From IMG/VR virus record IMGVR_UViG_3300017913_001781, positions 32,001 to 96,000 of that record: a DNA stretch of 64,000 bases. One strand, written 5' to 3'. Position numbers and translations under genes: made by a program. Each line of letters begins with the position of its first letter. Within the stretch, counting starts at the first letter, position 1. Origin of the DNA: a virus (taxonomy: Duplodnaviria; Caudoviricetes). The notes below the pieces were generated by a model. The model saw only the letters and a program-made list of their open reading frames with translations, was not told the origin of the DNA and made no database searches. Positions 20,895-31,635 of the stretch are shown piece by piece.

Positions 20895-23800
20895 ATGGCA
20901 GCTGATGCAATATTTTTTATCAAGAGTATACAACTTTACTATAAAGAACACGATGGTTTAAGTTTATTCCAGGGAGATGCAGATCAACTTCCTACGTCAG
21001 TTGGTCCATTAACCTTTTACTACACGGTTGAGGCAGATCAAGATATACAGCCAGGTGATAATAACTGTGGTATAAATTATTTTACTAGACCAGGCTTCTT
21101 TCAACATCCGGGCGGTGTTTTAGAATTACCTTCGCCTCTTGATGCTGATCTTAGCACAGGCGGTCCAGGTTGTTCAAATCCCAGATGGAGTATAGCTCAA
21201 ATTGCGCCGCTAGGTATAAAGCTTTATTCTGATAATCAACTTCAAAATGAAGCAGCTCCCGGTAAGTACAGCGCTAATCCCTTTCCTGTAACTAATTTTG
21301 ATCCTGCCGATAATGAAGACTCTATAGTTTATAGCTATGATCCTCCGGCTAGCGTAACTCTACATAACACAAATTATATTTGGGAGACATACTCGTTTAC
21401 TAACTTTGAGGGAGACGAAGTTAATGCGCTACAAACTAGATTAATTAGTCCTGTAAATCCAGTATTAGTAAACTTTACAGGTACTGCTGGGCAAGTTTAT
21501 CGTAAGGTCCTTGGAGTTCAAGGAGATTCTCCTTGTAATTTTTCTACAGGGGCCATACCTGCCTTTAATGTAAGTTATTTCCCAACAGAAGAAGTACCGG
21601 CCGGTGCTACGTTAGCTGAAATAGCAGCAGGCGGTATACCTTTAATGGATTCTAATGGAGATATATTCACATTTGGTTACTTCTCCGATCAACAATTTCC
21701 TAGTACCTCTAATGATGTAAATATTTATAAAGCGGACGGCTTGATAAATGACTATATTGTTAATTGGCAAGCGTCAGTATGTACTCAAGTTGTTGCACCT
21801 AACGAAACTGTTAGAGAATTTACTGTAGATTTTGCAAATGAAGTAGAAGCTGTAGAATTTAATTCTAATCAATTTGGAGATTTTGTAGAAAATAGTTTAT
21901 TTTGTTCAAATGCACAACCTTTAAGGGTATTTTATACAAATAACAATACAGAGTATGATACGTTTTTTGATTTAGTAGTAGCTAATGAACCAATATATGT
22001 TACTCCTAATACTTTACCTAGTAATATTGTTCCTGAATATTGGCAACTTATTAATGCGCCTGAAGGTTCATATGGTGTAACTCTTAATAGTTATTTTTTC
22101 TATATTTTAGAAGAAATAGACAATAATTTATCAGCGGGGTTTGACGGACCTGGATGGTATCGTATTTACCCAGGCTCTAATAATATAACTTTTTATGTGC
22201 CAGCGGGACTAGGTGCAGCCGATTCAAGCGGATTTAATTGTGCTTTACCTGGCAGAGATTCTAACAATATCAAAACTATAACTCTTAATTATTCTAATAG
22301 TCAACAAGGTTATTGTGAAATTAATAGTAGTAATTTATCTAATAATCAAGTTACATGTCAATACTACAGCATAAATGGACAAGATCTGACATTAAATGAA
22401 ATTATACAAAATCAAATTTATCTATACAAAGATTCTTTAGAATATGCGGCTTACTATCAAATAGATGATCTACTATTTACATCTGGCTATTTTGGAGATG
22501 AATTTGGTTTTTATTACAATTTTAATTCAAATATTGCTGAAGAAGGCGGTAACCCATGGAGAGGTAGAGAGTTTATAACTATAAGCGATAGTTATAGTTC
22601 TCCGTTTATGTGTACTGGTAATGGAACAGAAATTAGATCTTTTGATGATTTAATTTATGTTTCCGGCATTTGGACTCAAATTTACCCCGATTATGATTTT
22701 TCAGATGAATTTTGTTATAGACAAAAGCAATCGTATTATGTGGTATATTATAGGACACATACTGAATCACCAGAGTTTACTTTAGATGAAATTGTTCAGC
22801 GAGATATACCATTATATAGAACTCCTACAGAACTTACTAATGGTCAATCTTTAAAAACTGGAGCATATTCTAGCGATACTGATTATTACTATAAATGGGT
22901 TGCAAACGAAGATGAAACTGGAGGACATTGGATGGGTTTAAATTCTAGTCAAACAGAATCTCAAGCATTTATAACTAATTCTATTCAATGTAATTTACAA
23001 CCAGTTCCCAATTACTTTGACACTTTAAATGACAACACATTAACCGAAAACTCAGGGGCTGATTATCTATTAGCATTTTATGTTTTTAGCTCTTGTATTC
23101 CAGTTAATGGCCAATATACACACTACTTATTATTCGGAGAACATACTAATTTACCTGATGACAATACAAGTTATATGTCGGAATTTACCGATGTAATAGG
23201 CTTTAATTCTGCGTTTTATAGTTTAGGATCTACTGATTTAAATTATGGCTGTAAGAAATATGTAGGTAAGATATTTGCGTCTTCTCCATCACAGGCCGAA
23301 GAGTTAATGTCATCGCAATTAGATTATTTCCAGGGAGATATTCAATTTGTTAGTCCAAGCGCAATAGGTTTATTTAGCGAAGAGTTAATACTATGGTATC
23401 CAAATGGATGCAATGATTGTCTTAATCAATTAGATTTTCCCGGACTTCCGGAGAGGTTAGATAAATTTGATGACGGCGGTCAAATTGAAGACTTAGCCCC
23501 TAGATTTGGTTTAGAACAAAACTATAATCTGCATAATAATTCCAAGCCACTTCTTAGAACTAACCCTAGACTAACAGGTAATATTAAGTTAGTTACTGAT
23601 TCTAGAGGCGAAATATACTTAGAATCAATAAATGCAAATAAAGATCTTTCGGATTCTCGTTATAAAAGATATGGAGTAAGTTCAGAAAGCGACTATTCAT
23701 ATGATGTTTCTAGATTTTTTAATGATAATAAAACGCCATATGACATGGTTTATGAGACAAAGAGAAGAGCGTCTGATCTTTCAGTCTTAGAGTCATATGA

Positions 23801-26800
23801 TTTGCAATTTGAAGAAGATTATCAATATGGTACTAGGTTTAACAATTCTAAGTTATATGATGAAAACTTTAGAATATTTGCTCCTATCCAAATAGACACG
23901 AATATACCTAAAACGTTTGTTATTTATAGAGTTAATTCTCCTAAACCAAATGTAAACTATGGGGATTTAGGTGCTGATAAGCAAGATAGAATTAAATCTG
24001 TGCTAGCTAATGCAACTATAATTAAGACGTTTGATTTAAGTGAATCTTCTAAATTAGGTAAATATATTAGACGTCATGTTTATAATGAATTTTTTCAAGA
24101 TAGCCAACTAACAGTTTCCTTTGAGAAGAATGAACAGACATTCTTTAAGGGAATAGATTTAGTAAAAGGAGGATTCTCAAGTAAAGGCGAATTTATCTAC
24201 AAGGATTTTGTAGCTACTGATAAACCTTTGATAGAAGCTAACGACTTTATTACAGATGGATTTAAGAGAAACAGAATAGTATCTTCTAATATTTTAAATC
24301 TAGAATTTATGTTTGATGATGAGGAAGCTAGTGAATATTCTGTAAGTCGTTATTTTGGATTATTTGTAGATGAAATACCTTCAGGTAAAGGTAAGATTCA
24401 AAGAGTTAATTCAGGCTTAATTAAGTTTAAAGACTTAACATCTTTTATGCATTACAATGATAGTGGTTCTAGTTCTTCGTTGATTGATGGTAATACATTT
24501 GCTATACCTTCTAGTCAAATGATGAGAGATATTCCTGTTTTAGGTTACGTAAAGTGCGATACACACTACCATAATATTAAAAACGGAAGCGAGTGGAGTG
24601 CTGAAAATTATACGTTAAAAATTAATGATAACGGGGATGATATTAATAGGTTTACAGGCATTAAAGATACTTTAACCACCGTAGAACTAGAAGAAAACGC
24701 GGGAGTAGGATATGATTTTGTTAAACTATCTGTTGTTGATATACCATTTAATGGGGATTCTATATCGGTAATAGAAAATAAAAGACAATCATATTGCATA
24801 AGAGTAATTAACCACGTCCCTGGTTCCAATATGACGATAACTGCATCGTATCCAACTCAAACTACTGTGCAAATAAGTTCTGGTGCTACCAAAGAGGAGG
24901 CTTTAGATAATTTAGAAAATCAGTTATCTATATCTGGTCTATCGGTAGAAAGAGAAGGCGATGTTATTTTCGTAAAAGAAGTGCATGCTTATTTTAATGA
25001 CATTAATTTAGAAGTTTCTTCATCTAACCCAGCTCAAGTTATTAAAGTTGAGAAGAACTATACTAGTTCTAATTTACTTGAAAATTTAATTACGGCTAAT
25101 TCAGCAATTGACAAAGGAAGATGTACTGATAGAGAATTTTCTAATCAAGGTAATATTAAAGATGTAGTTGTAGCATTGGCCGGCGCGATATCTAAACAAG
25201 AAGGCATCCAAACTATTGTCAATAATAAAGACATATATGTTTACTCAAATAGAAATATAGGTTACGCTAGATATCAGCACGCTATATTAGTAAGTAAGTC
25301 TAATGTAGTTGATTTTGTTTCTTCTTTAAATACAGACGAGTCTAATGATTTAAAAATTGCACAAGCCGTTTTAAACGATTGGAACGCATACTATTTAATA
25401 GGAGGCCATTCTGACGGTAGATCTGTACTAATATCTAACGATTCAATCGGCGGTTTAAATATAGGAGATTACATAGATAGCAAAAAAACTGCAGGTTATA
25501 ATAAAGTTTTAGACATAGTAGAAAACCTAGAAGACGTTACTTCTAATTATAGTAAAGTTGTATTAACCACTAGACATGATTTAGGTAAAGGAGAGTTTAA
25601 AGTATTTAGAGAGTTTGAAGCAGAAATAGGATTATTTTCAGCCTATGATATTTATGATATGAATTTTGATTTTTATGATACTTCTAATTCAGATCTTAAA
25701 GAACTTAAGTATGAGACTTATCAAAATACAAACTATACTCCGGCGAATCAAGCCATATTTAATGCTGAAGAGGGCCAAGAGGAAGAAGCTTTAGACGGCA
25801 TAATAGATCCAGATTATATTAAAGATCCTGCACTTTTCTTTGCAGGTTTAAATCCTATTCTATATCCTGAAACACCAGAAGAGCAAGTCATCTCTAAAAT
25901 AGATTCAGAATATGACCGATTACAAGAAAATGGTCTAAAAGAATTTGCAGTTGAATCTAGAGTGGTTCCAAATATTAACAAGTGGGTTTTAAAAGATGCT
26001 AAGACAGTTAGAGACAATCCATATTATTTAAATGTAAATGAGGCTTTTGGTAGAACCAATTTCTCACCCGATATTACAGTAGAAGGTAAAGATCCAAAGT
26101 CATTTACACACGAATGGTTCTATATTGTTAATAAGCCCGACTATCTAAAACATTTTATGTTGAATGATACTTTTAGTTATATTAATTATATCTCAGGATT
26201 TGAACTAACCAAAGACATGTTTAAATCAATAGAAGAAGATTATTTTACCAACTTTATGGTAAGTGATGGATTTGATGTTAGCATAGATCCTGACGAACAG
26301 CAAATTTACGTTGTTACTATTTCTGAGGATTCAAATAATGGCTATGTTGTTTACATAAATGGAGAAGCTGGTTCTACGTTAAATATGATTACAAATAATA
26401 CGTACTATTTTGATCTAAGTAATGTAGATCCTGCTCTATTTTCTATCGAAGACTCAGTGGGAATGTATCAACAAGAAAATATAGGAGGTATAGAATTTGG
26501 AGTTTATACACCTGATACATATGGATTTTTTGAGTTTACATATGGTTCATCTCAGGGTGGCAATATTTCAGTATCTAATCAAGACTTTAATAAATTTGAA
26601 GCTTTTGTAAAAACTAATAGAAACATTAAATATTCTATAGGTAATGGAGGAAATGATAGATCTTTTGCTTCTACTATATTTAAGGGTTTGAAATTTGAAT
26701 TTAAGAATAGAAAGGAGTTTGATAAGATTAAGCCATCTGAATTTTTAAAGGATGGAACTTTTAATGATTATAAGTTTTCTACGGTAGTTGATTATAAAAC

Positions 26801-28661
26801 CGGTCAAAATAGAAACTCAATCGATTATGAAGTCATTAAAAACGATGCTTTTAAATTTATTATTTTCTATATAACAGTTAATTTAGATGAAGATTATGTA
26901 GGAAATACATTAAATAGAAAGCTTTCATACCTTCTTTCAAATCAGTTAAATTTACAAGAAGATGGTGAATACGATGTTGATGACGTTAGAATATCCGGTG
27001 CTTTAGATTTAAGTAACATTGATTCTAATTCTCCAGGACCATATATCGTTAATGGTATAACTCATTTTGACGGTTCAGAACCCAATTTCTTAACACAAAT
27101 ATCTCCAAACTCTGATAACACATACGGACCCCTTAGTATAGATTATCAAATACTAGACGAGGACGGTAATCCTTTAATTTATCAAATACAAATAGTCAGT
27201 GTTATTTCAGATTCTCAATTGGTTATTGAAGGTTTACCGTTTAATGAAAACGGTGAAACTATAGATCCGGTCTATTTGCCACTTTCTTTACAAGAATTTG
27301 CTGAATATGTATATATGGGAGGTGGAGTAAATAATCATAGCTTACTACTAAATAACATATCGATTAACAATATAGTTAATTTAATTAATGAAAATGATCC
27401 TTCTATAAAATATACAACAGTTACCAAAGAGGGAGAAATTCAATCTAATAGATTTGTTATGTCTATTGATGATGGTAATGAAATAGTAAGAGCATCTAAT
27501 TTAATAGCGGCGGCAGATAACAATAAACCTAAAAGCTATTCTTTATTTAACGGAACTATAGGATATGAATTACAGACAAGAAATTCATACTATCCATTCT
27601 TAATTAGACATTCTGGCAATTACGTATGTGATTTAAAACCAGTAGTAACATTTACTGATGTCTACTCTCATTTTAAAGTTAATAGAAACTATGCAAAGAA
27701 TTCTTTCTTAGAAGAAAGAAACTTTAAAGATAAGTTCTATAGACACCCGTCTTCATATATTGACGAAAGCTTTTATAAAAGGGTTCATAGAGCTGAGTCT
27801 TATTATATCAAATACAATAGAACTAATGTCGCATTTAATCTTGGATTTATATCTGATGATGGTAGGCATGATTCAAATTGGGGAATGATAAAAAATCACT
27901 TTTATCACAAAGTAAACGAAGATAATTCAACAGGAGTTACAAAATTAAGTGAAAGTGGTGAAGCCTCTCCACTTTATCCTCTCATAGGGGAAATAGCGAT
28001 TGATAAACGAGACGTAAACGTATTTAGGTCTTCTTGGGAGGATGATTATTATAGAACCGCATTAGCTGGAGGGGAATCTTCTTCTTCGCCTGGAACTTTC
28101 TCTACTAAAGAGTCTAGATCTTATTTGTCTTCTACTGTGATGAAACTTAGAGAATCATATACTCTAACTTCATTTACTACTCAAAACGCAGGTACCTTTG
28201 AGAACTTAGATTTAATATTAAAGAATAATTCTCATGAAGCTAATGTGGTATTTGCTGAAGATTCAGAAAGAGTGTACATTGATTTTTATATGACAGATTT
28301 AATATCAGATGTTCTTTCTGTATCTGGCGTTGCTAATGAAATTCAAAAATATGTAGATGCTGCATCTTCATTCCAAGATAAAACAGATTTAACTGATGAC
28401 GTCAAGTCATATGTTAATACTAATTTAGTCAATTTATTTACAGTAGATGAAGTAGAAATATATACTAGACGATCGCAAAGCGAGTCTACATCTATTAATC
28501 CAGTTGAATCATTAGATCTTATAGATAACGGTGGATTTAAATTAGACATAAATTACACTATTAACCAACATGCTCAAAGGCCTATCAATTTTAGATTGAT
28601 ATATAATAAGAGCCAGGGATACTCTTATATTATAAGACCTATGATAAAAATAAAGCAATAA
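20895..28661 (+). CDS. Giant virion/tail-associated protein with N-terminal repeat region
   Basis: 2588 aa uninterrupted ORF; GATATATA upstream. Confidence 0.65.
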   Translation: MAADAIFFIKSIQLYYKEHDGLSLFQGDADQLPTSVGPLTFYYTVEADQDIQPGDNNCGINYFTRPGFFQHPGGVLELPSPLDADLSTGGPGCSNPRWSIAQIAPLGIKLYSDNQLQNEAAPGKYSANPFPVTNFDPADNEDSIVYSYDPPASVTLHNTNYIWETYSFTNFEGDEVNALQTRLISPVNPVLVNFTGTAGQVYRKVLGVQGDSPCNFSTGAIPAFNVSYFPTEEVPAGATLAEIAAGGIPLMDSNGDIFTFGYFSDQQFPSTSNDVNIYKADGLINDYIVNWQASVCTQVVAPNETVREFTVDFANEVEAVEFNSNQFGDFVENSLFCSNAQPLRVFYTNNNTEYDTFFDLVVANEPIYVTPNTLPSNIVPEYWQLINAPEGSYGVTLNSYFFYILEEIDNNLSAGFDGPGWYRIYPGSNNITFYVPAGLGAADSSGFNCALPGRDSNNIKTITLNYSNSQQGYCEINSSNLSNNQVTCQYYSINGQDLTLNEIIQNQIYLYKDSLEYAAYYQIDDLLFTSGYFGDEFGFYYNFNSNIAEEGGNPWRGREFITISDSYSSPFMCTGNGTEIRSFDDLIYVSGIWTQIYPDYDFSDEFCYRQKQSYYVVYYRTHTESPEFTLDEIVQRDIPLYRTPTELTNGQSLKTGAYSSDTDYYYKWVANEDETGGHWMGLNSSQTESQAFITNSIQCNLQPVPNYFDTLNDNTLTENSGADYLLAFYVFSSCIPVNGQYTHYLLFGEHTNLPDDNTSYMSEFTDVIGFNSAFYSLGSTDLNYGCKKYVGKIFASSPSQAEELMSSQLDYFQGDIQFVSPSAIGLFSEELILWYPNGCNDCLNQLDFPGLPERLDKFDDGGQIEDLAPRFGLEQNYNLHNNSKPLLRTNPRLTGNIKLVTDSRGEIYLESINANKDLSDSRYKRYGVSSESDYSYDVSRFFNDNKTPYDMVYETKRRASDLSVLESYDLQFEEDYQYGTRFNNSKLYDENFRIFAPIQIDTNIPKTFVIYRVNSPKPNVNYGDLGADKQDRIKSVLANATIIKTFDLSESSKLGKYIRRHVYNEFFQDSQLTVSFEKNEQTFFKGIDLVKGGFSSKGEFIYKDFVATDKPLIEANDFITDGFKRNRIVSSNILNLEFMFDDEEASEYSVSRYFGLFVDEIPSGKGKIQRVNSGLIKFKDLTSFMHYNDSGSSSSLIDGNTFAIPSSQMMRDIPVLGYVKCDTHYHNIKNGSEWSAENYTLKINDNGDDINRFTGIKDTLTTVELEENAGVGYDFVKLSVVDIPFNGDSISVIENKRQSYCIRVINHVPGSNMTITASYPTQTTVQISSGATKEEALDNLENQLSISGLSVEREGDVIFVKEVHAYFNDINLEVSSSNPAQVIKVEKNYTSSNLLENLITANSAIDKGRCTDREFSNQGNIKDVVVALAGAISKQEGIQTIVNNKDIYVYSNRNIGYARYQHAILVSKSNVVDFVSSLNTDESNDLKIAQAVLNDWNAYYLIGGHSDGRSVLISNDSIGGLNIGDYIDSKKTAGYNKVLDIVENLEDVTSNYSKVVLTTRHDLGKGEFKVFREFEAEIGLFSAYDIYDMNFDFYDTSNSDLKELKYETYQNTNYTPANQAIFNAEEGQEEEALDGIIDPDYIKDPALFFAGLNPILYPETPEEQVISKIDSEYDRLQENGLKEFAVESRVVPNINKWVLKDAKTVRDNPYYLNVNEAFGRTNFSPDITVEGKDPKSFTHEWFYIVNKPDYLKHFMLNDTFSYINYISGFELTKDMFKSIEEDYFTNFMVSDGFDVSIDPDEQQIYVVTISEDSNNGYVVYINGEAGSTLNMITNNTYYFDLSNVDPALFSIEDSVGMYQQENIGGIEFGVYTPDTYGFFEFTYGSSQGGNISVSNQDFNKFEAFVKTNRNIKYSIGNGGNDRSFASTIFKGLKFEFKNRKEFDKIKPSEFLKDGTFNDYKFSTVVDYKTGQNRNSIDYEVIKNDAFKFIIFYITVNLDEDYVGNTLNRKLSYLLSNQLNLQEDGEYDVDDVRISGALDLSNIDSNSPGPYIVNGITHFDGSEPNFLTQISPNSDNTYGPLSIDYQILDEDGNPLIYQIQIVSVISDSQLVIEGLPFNENGETIDPVYLPLSLQEFAEYVYMGGGVNNHSLLLNNISINNIVNLINENDPSIKYTTVTKEGEIQSNRFVMSIDDGNEIVRASNLIAAADNNKPKSYSLFNGTIGYELQTRNSYYPFLIRHSGNYVCDLKPVVTFTDVYSHFKVNRNYAKNSFLEERNFKDKFYRHPSSYIDESFYKRVHRAESYYIKYNRTNVAFNLGFISDDGRHDSNWGMIKNHFYHKVNEDNSTGVTKLSESGEASPLYPLIGEIAIDKRDVNVFRSSWEDDYYRTALAGGESSSSPGTFSTKESRSYLSSTVMKLRESYTLTSFTTQNAGTFENLDLILKNNSHEANVVFAEDSERVYIDFYMTDLISDVLSVSGVANEIQKYVDAASSFQDKTDLTDDVKSYVNTNLVNLFTVDEVEIYTRRSQSESTSINPVESLDLIDNGGFKLDINYTINQHAQRPINFRLIYNKSQGYSYIIRPMIKIKQ

Positions 28662-28662
28662 G

Positions 28663-30822
28663 ATGCCTATTAACTTAAAGGAAATATTTGTTAATGATTC
28701 TAATCAAATAAAAGTTGAAAAACTTAATTATAATTTTGATCAGATTATAGGAACCGGTGGACAGCTAGGGCCAAGAGGGCCACAGGGTGTTCAAGGTGGT
28801 ATAGGACCAGTCGGTCCTCAAGGTGCTCAAGGTCCTGTTGGTGCAACTGGAGCAGATGGTAGTGATGGTAATGATGGTCAAGACAGATGGTATTCAATGC
28901 CGCATGCTGCAGTTACTAATGAAGAAAATACTGATTACGATACAACAATCATTAAGCCCAAAATAGATAATAGTGCTAATCAACCTACTTCAGTTTATAT
29001 AGGTGATCCAACATTTGATGATACAATTTCAGAAGAAGGAGATGATGAAGCTAGAGCTTCATTAGTTATAGGAAAAAAGGATCCGTTTGAAAATCATATC
29101 AGGCTCGTGTCTGAGGATGGATTTAATATGGTAGTTAGAGGAGATACTTTAACTCAAGGTAACTATGGAGGAGTATTTCATATTCAAAAAGGTTTAGCTT
29201 CTAATAATTTAAAGATTAAAGGAGATATTAGTTTTGACGACATTACGATAAAAGCAACTAACGATAACGCTGGAATGGGCGTTATAGAATTTTCAGCAAA
29301 TAAAACAGAAGTAATTTCTACAGAAGATGGCTTTTATACAAGCGAAGGAACTAAATCTTACTTTAATGACAGAGTCCATGTGGTCGATGCAGACTTATTA
29401 GTTCAAGGTACAGGTTTTACTAGAATCTCAAAAGGAACAACTGCTGAAAGAGGAGTTATTTCTTCAGGAGATTTATCTGGAGGAAATATAAGATATAACT
29501 CTCAAACTAATCAGTATGAAGCTTATTATGAGAACACCGACGAAGGCGATATTTGGTTAAATCTTAGACAACTAACAGACGCCGATGGAGATACCTATAT
29601 TGAACTTCCATTAAATAATGGAGACTTTGATAGAATTCGTTTTATGGTCAAAGATGAACAATACATGAGAATAGGGGGAACTCAAAGATCATTAAAGTCA
29701 GAGTCATCTGCTAATAATACAGTACCTGCTATCGTAACGAATAAAACTTTATTCTCAGTAGAAAATGTTCATTTTATATCTGATTTTAAAGGTATTTCAT
29801 TTAAAGAGGGGCCGGCTGCAACAAACGTTAATTCACCAATTGGAGGTTCAGCTGTTAATTATAATACAAACATCGCCGATAGAACAATAGATGACTTTTT
29901 CTATAGACAAACTGGCCAATTTGAATTAGAGCCCGGAACTTTTGTCGAAGGAGGCGATGTTTTAGTAAATGGAGTTGAATTCCCAGGGGGTGTACCTGAT
30001 TCTGCAATATTAACCGACTCATTTTTTAGATGCTATAACTCTACTGTTTCTGGAAATGTAGGTAATTCCAGGCCGGTTGATTCAGGAGACTCATCAGTTA
30101 GCTTAGCGGCAGCAAGTGGAAATAACGATCCTAATACTAGATTGTTAACTCTAGTGCATTCTTTAGACTCTCAAATTACTTATCAAAAGATTGGAAATAC
30201 AGTTACTGTAAATTGTTCACTAACTTGGAGACCATATGTGTTCGCTCAAAACGGAGTTGATATCGGTGGAGTATCTCAATCGGGATCTAGTGACGCAGAT
30301 TGGAGTCCAGCGGCATGGCCTGCTACTTATTTTGACCAATTAAATGATGAAGCTCATACATATTGGAATGACCCGAGCATAGCTGACAAAGAATTCTATA
30401 TTTGTATACCTGAACTTTTTGATAGATTACCAAATATATGTAAAATGGTTAGGTTTCCTATCACATTACGTGAATGTACAATAAATGCTCCAAACGGTCT
30501 TAGAGAATTAAACGGAATATTAAGAGGAGAAACTTCAGACAATAGCGGTAATATTTTCTTTAAAATAGAAGCGATAGCAGCCAATGGCACACAATTCGGA
30601 CCGAGTGTAACTATAGGTGAAGTAATAGAAGGATCATTTCAATCATATGCAAATAACGATGTATGGATTTATACTGATTTTACGTTTACTTATTTCTGTA
30701 AAACTAAAAAATCTTGGCAACCTAATTCTTCATTTAATGATTCTATAAATAGCGGACCTCCTTCTTCAGGGTCTTCTAATAATGTATCAGAAGGCGCCGG
30801 TGGAACTGGATCTGGTAGGTAA
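28663..30822 (+). CDS. Collagen-repeat tail fibre protein
   Basis: 14 G-X-Y triplets at 28759-28884; fibre motifs 'KGTTAER', 'IRYNSQTNQYEAY', 'DADGDTYI'. Confidence 0.8.
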   Translation: MPINLKEIFVNDSNQIKVEKLNYNFDQIIGTGGQLGPRGPQGVQGGIGPVGPQGAQGPVGATGADGSDGNDGQDRWYSMPHAAVTNEENTDYDTTIIKPKIDNSANQPTSVYIGDPTFDDTISEEGDDEARASLVIGKKDPFENHIRLVSEDGFNMVVRGDTLTQGNYGGVFHIQKGLASNNLKIKGDISFDDITIKATNDNAGMGVIEFSANKTEVISTEDGFYTSEGTKSYFNDRVHVVDADLLVQGTGFTRISKGTTAERGVISSGDLSGGNIRYNSQTNQYEAYYENTDEGDIWLNLRQLTDADGDTYIELPLNNGDFDRIRFMVKDEQYMRIGGTQRSLKSESSANNTVPAIVTNKTLFSVENVHFISDFKGISFKEGPAATNVNSPIGGSAVNYNTNIADRTIDDFFYRQTGQFELEPGTFVEGGDVLVNGVEFPGGVPDSAILTDSFFRCYNSTVSGNVGNSRPVDSGDSSVSLAAASGNNDPNTRLLTLVHSLDSQITYQKIGNTVTVNCSLTWRPYVFAQNGVDIGGVSQSGSSDADWSPAAWPATYFDQLNDEAHTYWNDPSIADKEFYICIPELFDRLPNICKMVRFPITLRECTINAPNGLRELNGILRGETSDNSGNIFFKIEAIAANGTQFGPSVTIGEVIEGSFQSYANNDVWIYTDFTFTYFCKTKKSWQPNSSFNDSINSGPPSSGSSNNVSEGAGGTGSGR

Positions 30823-30828
30823 AGATTG

Positions 30829-31635
30829 ATGAAAAAACGAAACGACAAATATGGTATTGGAGCAATTGCTCTTCTTATTGCAGTTCTTTTCTTGCAGTGT
30901 AACCAGTCGCGTCGTTTAAAAAGGGATCTTCAGCTTGAAAAAGAAAGAGTTGAAAGAGAAGTTAACAATCGTGCAGCTGCAGAAGATAGTTTAAGACTTA
31001 TTAGATTACAAAATGGTAATTTAGCTACTACTATAAGATCTTATGAGTTTGACATTAAAAATCTAAAAGAAAGTGAAGAAATTCTTTTAGAAAAATATAA
31101 TAATTTAACAGCTGGTTATAAAAAGTTAAAAGGCATCAATTCTCTTATCAAAGCAGATCTTGAACTAACTGAAAAGATATTAGCAGAGACACAGGCTACT
31201 TTAATTAATGATACTACTATAGCTCTTACGTTTACAGAGTATGATATATTTAGTGAAGGTAATACTCGCTTAATTTCTGGCAAGTCTTCTCTTTCTATTA
31301 GTCAGTTAGACAAACCTAGGTTGATAAATACTGAAATTCAATTAGATCAAAGCATAAGATTAAAAGCTTTAATTGATGATTTAGAAGAAGGTCCAAGTTT
31401 AGTTATTTCAACCGATTATCCAGGTATTACAATAACCGATATTGAAAATATTAATCTAATTAACTCTAAATTAAGAGCTAAAGAATTAAATAATCCAGTT
31501 TCCAATAGTGGAGCTATTGGTTTTGGCTTAGGTATAGGTTATGGCCTCAACTACGTTGGAGAAGGTAATTTTAAAGTAAATCCAACATTAAACGTAGGAC
31601 TTATGTGGTCCCCAAAAAAATTAAGATTTAAATAA
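30829..31635 (+). CDS. Membrane-anchored coiled-coil protein (spanin-like / Bacteroidota-type)
   Basis: N-terminal hydrophobic helix ending LFLQC, coiled coil, C-terminal 'GFGLGIGYG...VGLMW' beta hairpin. Confidence 0.5.
   Translation: MKKRNDKYGIGAIALLIAVLFLQCNQSRRLKRDLQLEKERVEREVNNRAAAEDSLRLIRLQNGNLATTIRSYEFDIKNLKESEEILLEKYNNLTAGYKKLKGINSLIKADLELTEKILAETQATLINDTTIALTFTEYDIFSEGNTRLISGKSSLSISQLDKPRLINTEIQLDQSIRLKALIDDLEEGPSLVISTDYPGITITDIENINLINSKLRAKELNNPVSNSGAIGFGLGIGYGLNYVGEGNFKVNPTLNVGLMWSPKKLRFK

Noticed and set aside
20895-30822. Diversity-generating retroelement target in the fibre genes
   Set aside because: No reverse transcriptase and no TR/VR repeat pair seen in the window
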